A stretch of DNA of 59,379 nucleotides, counting the filler, from Porpidia crustulata (Eukaryota), in the NCBI GenBank assembly GCA_964255105.1. It is 5 parts of 5 records of this genome, joined end to end, with 100 filler letters (N's around TTAATTAATTAA, not from the genome) between each part and the next. Parts side by side here need not be neighbours in the genome. Positions count along the whole stretch, not along the records: positions 23,799 to 35,593 come from CAXUWE010000600.1; positions 35,694 to 47,488 come from CAXUWE010000601.1; 3 more parts are not named here. One strand, 5' to 3'. The notes below the pieces were generated by a model that saw nothing but the letters and a program-made list of their open reading frames with translations, was not told the DNA's origin and searched no databases. How positions within the stretch are numbered: position 1 is the stretch's first letter; each line of letters starts with the position of its first letter. Positions 26,183 to 36,112 of the stretch are shown one piece after another. The position numbers and the translations under genes are program-made.

Positions 26183-27195
26183 TTATAGAGTATTATCCAC
26201 ACCCCCCGTCACATTCGTCAATCCCCCCGGCACCGACAGCGTCGGCACCCACGTCTGGTTTACCACAGGCGTAGCAGTCTGATTTGCTGCCATCATGGCC
26301 CCCGCCGCCAACTTGGGGTCAACACCATTCACGGTCCCGTTGGCAGCCAACTCGGCAACCATGGCATCAATCTGCGCCTGCGTTGGCCCCGTATGCGTGA
26401 CCCCGATTAGGTCCAGCAGTTCTTGCAACGCAACAGATCGCGCTACGGGATCAGCGGAATACCGGATGATGCGCTGCAGTGCGTAGAGCGATCTATCAGC
26501 GTACATGAGGATTTCGAGTTTCTGCGCATGGCCTGTGGTAGTTTGGTTAGCGTGGTGTTTTGGGTTTGTTTGCGGTGGCTTTAGAGAAAGGTATACCATT
26601 CTTCAGAACAATCCCACCATAGCCCATTGGACGGATGCATTTCGGGATTATATTTCGAGCTGGCCCCCAGATCTGACTCCAATAGGCGGTATCATGGGGA
26701 ATTTCCGCAAATTCGGCGGCTAGGATGACTTGGACATTGCAATTCCCTGGGTATGCAACATGCCTTAGTGTTCATCCCGGGATGTTTGGACTTTCTAATC
26801 AGATTGTAAAGAGGAAACAAACCGTAATGATAGTCTAGAGGTAGTCTAACATTATCCATCGATGGGTCGATATCGCTCTCGAGCAAGTAAAAGTTTCGCA
26901 GTACTGGCTGATCGCGAGGATCTCGAGGAATCATGTCAAGTGCACGGCGGCAGTTCTCCCGATCGGGCATGCCAAGAGCGGAGTTGCATATTGGTTCTTC
27001 CGGGCGTGGTATCGGGGGCGCTGGATTTGGAACTGGATTTGGATTTGCAACCGGAGAGATGGGTTTCGGAGGACCAAGTAGGGAAGATGGGATCGGGGTG
27101 GGAAGTGGTTGACTTTTATTGATGGGAGTTGCCGGCTGTAAAGGGGACGCGAAGATCGTAGTGGAGAGCGAGAAAATTAGCGATGACCTTAGCAT
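26183..27195 (-). CDS. Secreted protein of unknown function (3 exons)
   Basis: Signal-like MLRSSLIFSLSTTIFASP, Pro-rich linker, CNSALGMPDRENCRRAL; exon 2 NCNVQVIL...WSQIWGPARNIIRKCIRPMGYGG; exon 3 LEILMYADRS. GT-AG introns about 26749-26821 and 26532-26596. Confidence 0.7.
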
Positions 27196-28073
27196 ACCGG
27201 TCATCCTGGTACCAGATTGACAATGCATCTTCGTCATTGTATTCAGGCAGAAGTGGGGGAAACGATGGCAGGATGTGTCCACAGGTCAATATGTCGTGCT
27301 ATGAATATTGACTTCCGACGGCTGTAAGCCTTGAGACATACAACTCCGCAATCGACAGGCGTTTCCCACGTAATACCGAATTAGTCCATGGACGTTTAGA
27401 TACATAGGTGTCATCTAGTCGGAGAGTTAGAAAGCGCTGTACGCGCATTTCTAGGCGCATAAGCGACTAGCTGGCCTCGGATTATCCAACGTTTGAACCA
27501 CCACATCCAGTGTTTTGCCGACAGTAGCGGCTCGGAGTCTGTAGCTCATTGCTTTCAGGATTTCCGATTAAGGATGGATAGTAATGGTGCCCTGCGTAAA
27601 GAGACGAAGAAGTCTCGGATCCGCAATTCCCAGCATACGCTCAAGTAGAACTGATTGTATTGCCAAAGTCAACGCCCAAAGAAGGTATTGATTTATACAA
27701 AAAGACGTCGGACTCTGTACATCATTAGTGCATATGTAACACGAAGTAATCGGAAGCTTGCAAGTATGAGAAAACATTGAATCATAGATCCTACCGCGAT
27801 CTCGAAGAGAAGTTTCAAAGACGACTCCGAAGCATTTGGTAAGAAAGCATGTTGCTGAGTAGCTTATATCGATGGATTCGGAATCTCTAGGTACGTCTTT
27901 ATAGTGTTATACCTCGGGTTTATTGCTTTGCACACAAAAGTATGATGTTTAAGTGACGACTTTGTTGATACACGTTACTTGTGATATAAAATGGTGGGGT
28001 TCCCCTAATAGGCTAATGTTTAGGTAACGCGGATTAGTGCTAGAAAGCCGTTTGTGATTGTGTTTATTGCAGA

Positions 28074-28420
28074 TCATTGATTTATTGCGACAGTGGAAGA
28101 CTGGAAGTACGTTTCAGGCTCTCTTCCTAAAGTCTCCTGGGGGGCGCTAGATGTCTCTAAGTACATAGGACGAAAACCCATATCTCCACACGCTTGACGT
28201 GGATCTCCAGGACAAGGGCAGTCGCAATTTGTTTCTTTACCCGGGACGATTGATGTGGACAAGGTTGGTCCGGAACCACGACTAAGTGGGATGAAGTCCA
28301 GAATCGGGTAATTTGGCATGAAGCCTGGTCCAACATCAAAGTACTGGCTTGGCAGCGGCTACCGTAATCTTGCATCGTCATCTAAGGTGCTGTGTAATCG
28401 GAATTCATCTTTGTCACCAT
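28074..28420 (-). pseudogene. Possible degenerate WSC-like Cys-rich domain fragment
   Basis: MTMQDYGSRC and NCDCPCPGDPRQACG occur in different frames and resemble WSC motifs (MT..C...C and C..PC.GD..Q.CG). No intact ORF. Confidence 0.35.
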
Positions 28421-29632
28421 GTCTGTAGCAGATATGCTCTCGGAAGTAGCCTCTAACCAGGTTGGGGATTGCATAGTCTCTGATACAAGTCGAGTATTCT
28501 GGGATGATAGAGGTTTGCCCACAGCCATCTTTGCTAGGAGTCCATTAACGTAGGCTGTAGGGTTTGCGGTTGAAGTTGTTTAGCTAATAGACCAAAGATA
28601 GATCATTCATACGGGGAGCTTGCGTAGGAATCTGGAAACAGAATCAGGTGGCTGGCTTCAAGTTTCGGCATTTTTGAGGTGCTTCAACTTGCTTTGAGAG
28701 TTTGCAACAGCCATCAAAGCCTAAAAAGCTCCTATGTTCCAGGTACTCATGGTAAGGTTGCGGTTGAAGAATGTAAACTGTGCCATTTGTTTCCTTATTA
28801 GACATAACCCTCGTTATCGTCGCGCGAGGTAGCATCGCGGCGTGTGGGAGATCATGCTCTTTAACTTGAAGTATTGCATCCAAGCCGTATAGATATGAAC
28901 GCAGCCTCCTGATTTCGGATATTTGTCACGACCCTCGAGCTGTGCGCGGGCTGGCTGATTGAGTTGATCTGACGTATAGAAAGTAAATAGATTGTGACTT
29001 AAATGCTTGTCGGGAGATTCTTCGCTAGTATTTAAACTCATCTAAAATCACAAGTTCTCTTTCTGAATGGTTAGAGTGACGTCGAGACTTATAAAACGTT
29101 CTCCGGCAATTCGTCAATGTTCCAAAGATCGACCAAGCATGATTTCAAGGATAGTCTGACGGAAGCGCTTCAAACCATCGGGTAACATGAGGCATCGTGT
29201 AGCAAGTAACAGACACTCGACCGAAGGCTAATATCCGCGCCAATGATTTGCAGCATGAGGACGGATTCTAGTGAGGCAGTGATAATGGCAGGACGTTGAG
29301 AAACTACTTCTCATACGGTATTTGGGTTCAGTGGAGACACTTCGATGATCGAAATCTTCAGTCCCTAATTGAATAATTTAGCTATTTTCATGTCATTACA
29401 TATATAATCCGGATCCTATAGCTGCAGGTCAAATCTGTCATCTGAATGGTATCGAGTCGCAGACTCAAGGCAAGCTCGCATAAGTAGGCTTTGTATATGT
29501 GGAAGGGCTATAATATCAGATTTGAGGCTATAGTACGAGGTATAAGACTTATGACCACAAAAATAATCAAATGCGCTTACTTACTGTAGCGTTTGGTCTG
29601 CGCAGTTATTGCAACAGATCAGAATCTCGAAA

Positions 29633-30373
29633 ATGAAAACAGCCATTCTCGGCCTAGCAGCCATTTACTTCTCGATTCCTTGCATCGTTGCCCAGAGCAA
29701 TAATCTGAATTCAACTGCAAATGATGTCGTCTGGTGCGGATCATGGGCTGGTACTCCTGATCCATCAGCCAAGCCTACACCGCCCTACCAAATACCTCAC
29801 CCAGATGCCACTGTACGGCTGTTTGCGGAGCCGCAACTCCAATCTCCAAAATTTGGGACCTTGCCAACCCAAATGTCAATTGTGCAGATACCAAAGTTGT
29901 TTGGTAGAGGTATGGCGAATTACTCTCGAAGCCAGGGGCACATGGTCATACTGACACACAGTCAGGTCAATTTAGGCTTGCCCTCATGAGCTATAGTCGC
30001 GGCTCAGGACCAATGGCCACTACCCACGCTCTCGGCTTATCAAGGTGGCTCGATGTCAGCGTAGCGCTCAAAGTTCTAATGGAATCATGTGTAGTGCGAG
30101 GTTATGGAGGATCAGCTTTAGTGCTACGTAAGTAGATCAAATGTCTTGCACTACCTTTTATTGAAGTTATTGCTGTGGGCAGAAGTTGACACATTTACAG
30201 CAGCTCCAGGTTCACCTCAACAAAGTCTCGTTCTTTATGCTTATACCCCCGGGAGTATCTTTGATATTGTCCTCATTGAATACATGATTCAACCTTTTGG
30301 TATTGATCCGTCTTCATTCAATCATGGGGCATTGGAGCTCAACAAAGTTAACACTACAGCAAATGTACAGTAG
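29633..30373 (+). CDS. Secreted protein of unknown function, related to 26183-27195 (3 exons)
   Basis: Signal MKTAILGLAAIYFSIPCIVA; introns 29910-29965 and about 30128-30200; spliced ...WLDVSVALKVLMESCVVRGYGG...LVLYAYTPGS. Confidence 0.7.
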
Positions 30374-31095
30374 TCTTTTCGATGTTTTGTTCATAGATAT
30401 GGTAGAGTCAATGCAAATATACTACAAGCACGAGACATGCGGCGGAGAGCTCATGGTACTGTACTAACCAGATGCAAAACTAGCATCAGCGTGAAAGCCG
30501 TTAAAGGAGGGCAAGAAAGCTCTCGGGATTTCCAGTCGCTTCGCTCAATTTTGGTCTCTTTTTATTGCCGTACAATGCTCTCATTTCTATTGTCGATGAA
30601 AATCCATCTCTTTTCATCCTAAATGTGTGGTGGGTATGGGGCCGTTAATGCCCGACATCATGGATTGTTGCAGTGGCTGAGTGTGCTGTCAGGTTTCTAG
30701 TGCCCAGAAATTTCGTTCTTCGTGGTAGGCTCATAGTAGTTATTTTGGGAATAATCGGGTGCTTTGCGCTGCTTGCCTCGCTAGTCGTTCTGAACAGTTG
30801 TTCTCGGGAGATTCGTCAGAAAGAAAGCATTTTAAGACAAGTCATGAGGAGTACACTCGTACAGGGCGGTAATTTAGCTAAGATGATGTCGACGCTGAAG
30901 TGTGTCGTGCGTGTCGTTGGTGCGTGGGTGTCTAACTGAGTAGGACTATTCTATCTCGGAACTGAATCCGCTCTTTGTGCAAAACATTATGCCACCTTAC
31001 CAAGACCTATATTGTTTGAGCAGGTTTTGAGAGCCTCTCTCTTGAAATATTTCGGTGAACAGTAATAATCAGTTGAATCAGTAAGCTTTTCTTGT

Positions 31096-31977
31096 ATGAT
31101 GTTTGATGGATTTGAGCCCTTTGATGCCAAGCTGCAATCGAACATAACGATCCACGGGATCCAAGCTGGTTCTGGGCCACCACTGCTTCTTCTCCATGGG
31201 TTCCCCCAGAGTCACCATATATGGCATCTGATCGTGCCAAAGCTCATCAGCAAGTTCACCCTTGTAGCTATTGATCTACGAGGCTACGGAGCGTCCTCTA
31301 AGCCAAGTGGCAATGAACACCACAAGCTCTATGCAAAGAGTTCTATGGCCAAAGATTGCATGGACGTCATGACCAAACTTGGATACTCCGAATTTTACGT
31401 TTGTGCGCACGATCGTGGGGCTCGAGTCGCGCATAAGCTGTGCGTTGAATACCCCCACGCCGTTCAAAAAGCCATTCTTCTTGACATTTGCCCCACATTG
31501 GCTATGTACAACAAGACTGATCAAAATTTTGCTACCACTTATTTCCACTGGTTCCTCTTGATTCAAGCCTCTCCCTTCCCGGAAATCCTTATTACCCACA
31601 GTCCAATGGCTTTTGCGGAACAATTCTTTGGTAGGGTGGGGATGGATGTTTTTGACCATGAATGCTTAGCCTACTATACCTCAATGCTTGCAAATTCAGA
31701 GGCCGTACATAGCATGTGTGAAGATTACAGAGCCAGTGCTAGCGTCGATATGGCTGAGGCGACAAACGATATCGAGGCTGGCAAGCACATCAAGTGTCCG
31801 ATTAGGGTGTTGTGGGGCGCGAAGGGACTGATAGAGAAGGCCTATGATGCCATCGACGAGTGGAAGAAAGTACATGCGACAGGTGATGTTGATGGGGAAA
31901 GCGTGGACTGTGGACATTATATTCCAGAGGAAGCACCTGACGTCGTTGTGAAGCACATCCTCGAGTTCTTCATATAG
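31096..31977 (+). CDS. Haloacetate/fluoroacetate dehalogenase-like alpha/beta hydrolase
   Basis: Intronless 293 aa with LLHGFPQ, AHDRGARV, LLDICPT, YFHWF, CEDYRA and CGHYIPEEAP. Confidence 0.88.
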   Translation: MMFDGFEPFDAKLQSNITIHGIQAGSGPPLLLLHGFPQSHHIWHLIVPKLISKFTLVAIDLRGYGASSKPSGNEHHKLYAKSSMAKDCMDVMTKLGYSEFYVCAHDRGARVAHKLCVEYPHAVQKAILLDICPTLAMYNKTDQNFATTYFHWFLLIQASPFPEILITHSPMAFAEQFFGRVGMDVFDHECLAYYTSMLANSEAVHSMCEDYRASASVDMAEATNDIEAGKHIKCPIRVLWGAKGLIEKAYDAIDEWKKVHATGDVDGESVDCGHYIPEEAPDVVVKHILEFFI

Positions 31978-32295
31978 AGAAGCAAGAATTTGCTCCATCA
32001 ACTATAAGAGTGAGTTGCAAGATGGAATACTACTTGAATATAACTGATCTCAAACGATAGATAAAATGGTTGTGTTAGAAGCGACGACAGACTTCGAACA
32101 ATAAGACGTACATGTTTCTGACAACGGAAATTGAGAAAGGTACGGTTTTTGACGTTTCAGAGAATTTTGATATTTTTAATGTGCTCAGGACATTCAATAT
32201 ATGTATCTGATGCTCAATCTATGTTCACTACTTACAGCAAAGATTTCAACCAAAGTCTTCTGATAAGACAACCACAACAAAGAATCCTATCAGTC

Positions 32296-32490
32296 TCAGA
32301 GATTCGAGTAGTACGATGTTCCTTCTTCTTCTTGCTCGTTGTCTTCCGGACATCTGTTGCAATTCTCTAGCAATGAGGCACTCCATCCCTCGGTCTCCAA
32401 GCAATCTTCCCCCTCGTATTCTTCGCAGCGTTCATAGTAGCGCGAAGCGTGGCAGCCGCACTTGTAGAACTGATCGTAGTAGAGACACAT
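32296..32490 (-). CDS. Small Cys-rich acidic protein (64 aa)
   Basis: MCLYYDQFYKCGCH...C...C...CNRC; ACCATG start context, pyrimidine-rich leader, ATAAATAG about 110 nt upstream. Confidence 0.6.
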   Translation of the reverse strand: MCLYYDQFYKCGCHASRYYERCEEYEGEDCLETEGWSASLLENCNRCPEDNEQEEEGTSYYSNL

Positions 32491-33118
32491 GGTCGTTCGA
32501 GATTTGTTTTTCTCTGAGTGATGAGTCTTAGGGAGATTTGGACGTTGTTGAAGTTGATGAGTATAAGTAGAAGGAGAAGACGTGTGAGAGTTGGGCTATT
32601 TATCATGATGAGTAGGTTCCCTTGATCATAGAGGAGAAGAACTGGATTGACGTGATACTATGTCCGACAAGAAGCTTGTCTTGTTCTTGGCGAGGAAACA
32701 AACGCAAGAGCGTCTTTGTTCAGTTCCACTAAGCATGACAACGGTCGTGTGATGTACATGCCTGGCAGAGCAAATGTGAAAGAAATTCTGGCAGACAACG
32801 TAAGGCATATGCGAGGAAAGATGTTGGTTACCGGTACGCCTTTAAATCAGCTTATGAGACTCCAAAATAACGTCGTAATTTAGTCTCTGCGAGATCGTCC
32901 GTCCGGGATGATGCCCGGAAATTGATACAGGACCAGGTTCATAAGGATGTTAGCTTGTTGGAACTCGAATTTCAGCCACGAGAAGAAAAGCAATCTCTGT
33001 TCTCAGGGCATCATAAAGAGAGCGGAATGTAGCTTTAGGTAGATACTATCTGTACATCAAATTCAAGTCATATCCCAAGAAGTTCAGCGGCGGCCACGAA
33101 ATGTCAGTAAAGTGCACA

Positions 33119-34189
33119 TTAATCAAAAATCTCCCATTCCCTTCTGGCAGAGGGCTCAGTCATACAGACACGAGGAATTAGACATCGAGAGGTAGGCTCT
33201 CCCGGAAGAAAGTCGGCTTGCTAGTTGAGAGTTAGTCGGGCGACTCTTGGAAGGGGATTCGTACCTTTTTAAGCTCGTCCAGGGTCGAGGACTGGGTCGC
33301 TTCCAGAAATTTCCGGATTCCCCAACCATCCGGCCAATTCTCCGGGTATTTCAAGACGATTGAATCAGGATCTTGTAGGCTAGTCTCCGGTTCCATTAAT
33401 TCCTTCATTAAAAACCCCACGGTACACACATCCTTGCGTTCAGTGTCTTCGCTGATCATTACGTTATTCAACATGGAGTCACCAGCGTTAGCCAGCTTAA
33501 CGGCGCCATCTCGTTTCAACCAAACGTTGCCACAATTCAGTTCGCCATAATGAAGCTGGAGTTCTGTGCGTATGTAGGAAAGTCCATCAAGAATCTGGTG
33601 GAAGTAAGCCACCTGTAGATGATGTACGAGGACAATGCCATACCTCTTTACACACCGCTGCGATCTCAAAATGCTTCAATTTCCCCTTCGATGTAGATGA
33701 AAGACTTCTAAGCGATACTTCCATGCATTCATAGGCCATATAAATGGTTTCCCCGTCATGGAAAATTTCCAGAAGATCGACGACGTTGAGATCCGAGGTT
33801 AATCTGAGCCTATCAAGTGTGCCTTCACCGTTGTACTTCTTCTCCTTGATCGCAACGAGGAAATGCTCCCGATCGTGAGACATTTTTGAAGGCCCAGCCT
33901 GCTCCAACTCCATGAACTGGTGGTACGACTCCCAAGGACTGCATTTCTGGACCGAGTCCCCTTTCACTTTGATCTATTTCTTGACTGGAGGTGCCGAGAA
34001 CGAGAGTCTATCAACTTTAACGGGCAACTGAGGACCAAGGCGCTGTCTCTCATAAGGGCGTTTGAGCGTCCGTAGTGACGGGTTGGGCGTATCTTGCAGT
34101 GACCGAATCTTTGATTTGTCCGCGTTCACTCCGGTGCCAGGAATTGCAGTCGTTGCGAGTCGTGTTGCCTGTCGATGTATCTCAGTCAT
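33119..34189 (-). pseudogene. Protein-kinase-fold pseudokinase with a premature stop
   Basis: VAIKE, NVVDLLEIF...YECMEVSL, IAAVCKE|ILDGLSYI; catalytic loop HYGELNCGN; ANAG in place of DFG. In-frame TAG at 33974-33976; two GT-AG introns. Confidence 0.72.
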
Positions 34190-34545
34190 TTTCAGTGCAA
34201 TGGAAAGTTAATGGTGTCTAGCCCTCCGCACAGTGTGAATTTGTTATGGAGCTCCGCATCACACGACCCCAGGCGCCCCTCATCCGTTCGCGACCCCTAG
34301 CCCCCCTAAACGCCCATCCCTGCAGAGGTTGATTGCAGTTCAGGCCGCCCATAACTCCTATATAGTGAGCGTTCCCTCGGATTCCATGGGTAAACAATTT
34401 CGCTTGGCGCGGGGACAGCGATTTTTTTCACCTCTACCTACCAGACCAAATATTGAATTCTTTCAAAGTCAAACCACAGCAGACGCAGATCAGGATTTGC
34501 AACCATTGTCACACTGCTGTCTGACCACAGGGTGCAGCTTCCATC

Positions 34546-34860
34546 ATGTGCTACATTGTGCTTATCAGGATTAGGCACGACCGCCTTACAGCAACGACAT
34601 ACCCAACAAGTTGGCGGGAACGATTGCGCCAACGCTTCATGTACAAAACCATGACTTTCTACCATACTCCAGAGGAAGTCAACAACCTTTACAGCGACAA
34701 CCCGTTCGCTGGTCCTCCACCATACTCTGGACCTGCGCAAGGACAAGGAGAGGTAGTGGAGATGGGAGATCAAGCTCACAGCCAATCTTTAGATCGAGAA
34801 ACTCAAGAGCGTGGGTATACGATGGAATTTGCTGAAAGGAATGAAAAGACCATGCACTGA
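34546..34860 (+). CDS. Hypothetical small protein with a PPPY motif
   Basis: 104-aa ORF with ATCATG start context; TATATA at about 34358; no recognisable domain. Confidence 0.35.
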   Translation: MCYIVLIRIRHDRLTATTYPTSWRERLRQRFMYKTMTFYHTPEEVNNLYSDNPFAGPPPYSGPAQGQGEVVEMGDQAHSQSLDRETQERGYTMEFAERNEKTMH

Positions 34861-35541
34861 CCAGTATAGTAGGCAATTTTGTAGTAGATCCTCGTCCTGG
34901 AGATGGTCAGTAGCGTTGAAGCAAAGGTGTGATACCCAAAACCTCCCGCGAGGGTAATACACCATCTTAGCTAATATTGATATTCAGAGGCAGTTGATTT
35001 TCATGTTTGCTGTTAAATACAGATGCTATCGGGCGCATGGTACGATGGTGGGACGTGCTTTAGCCATTTAAGGGGTCGCCAATTTCTGAGCGCTTTCATA
35101 GATACTTGTCATGTGTGATAGGGCAATTTTTGTGACCACGAGCTGCAAGTTAAGACGTTCAGTGTGGTGCTGAAGCCCGCAAGCTTAGCTGGCAGAGAAC
35201 AAGGGCGGGCACCCGCCTCGCCGATAAACCTTGCTCGGTTGGGGCCCATGCAATATCATAGATCCGGTCTAGGTCAGATGGAAGAGATGCTATCTGCTTC
35301 TACCGAGGATGGCTGAGGCAGCTTCGCAGAGTTACATTGAAGGATCTGGTTTCCCTTCTCCGCTGCCTAAGGAGATCTCTCGTTGAAAACATTTTGGACT
35401 ACGTATCTAAACATCGAGTTTTACATTACAGGTTTCGTCCCATCAACTCTATGCGGCTTGCTAATCGTTTCCTCCCTATCCACGGTGTGATCATTGAGTG
35501 TACCTCTGAAAGTTTCGGACACACCTTGGCTGTATCCGATA

Positions 35542-35593
35542 ACGTAGTCTACCCTCAAACGAGACACACCCTCAAACGAGACAGCGCCCACCC
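35542..35593 (+). mobile_element. Terminal inverted repeat of a Fot1/pogo-family DNA transposon, truncated by the contig end
   Basis: TA followed by ACGTAGTCTA and two tandem copies of CCCTCAAACGAGACA(CA). This is the ACGT-start, about 44-bp, 17-bp sub-repeat layout of Fot1/Tan1/Vader TIRs. Confidence 0.75.
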
Positions 35594-35693
35594 NNNNNNN
35601 NNNNNNNNNNNNNNNNNNNNNNNNNNNNNNNNNNNNNTTAATTAATTAANNNNNNNNNNNNNNNNNNNNNNNNNNNNNNNNNNNNNNNNNNNN
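35594..35693. other. Artificial contig-joining linker
   Basis: N-run, TTAATTAATTAA, N-run. Confidence 0.95.
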
Positions 35694-36112
35694 TAATAAG
35701 TGATGAGTGATTTATTCTAAAAAATTGAAAATCAAACTCGATTAAACGTTATAATTCGAATGTTATAATCTGACTCCTTTAGGAAAATGCTAGACAACCA
35801 GATGACCGCTTGTACACAGTACGCCCTGCTTGGTCAGATTGTCCAATGGGGTGCCCGGTTTGACGAAGAGTCATCGACGACTGGGCAAATACTGTACCTG
35901 CTGCCTCCTTTTTAGTACCTCATGCATAAGCTCTACCGGGGGGGCTTATCTCGCCTCGTTCCCCGAAACGGCCCCCACACCTCCCACCATCATGGAGGGG
36001 CTGTGTCCAAGGTTGCCTACCTTCAGTTCAAAGGTAGCACTGCCAGGCAAACTTCAGCTAGGACCTTGACAGTGTAATTGATGATGTCTCTCTCCTTCGC
36101 AGTCTGAACAAT

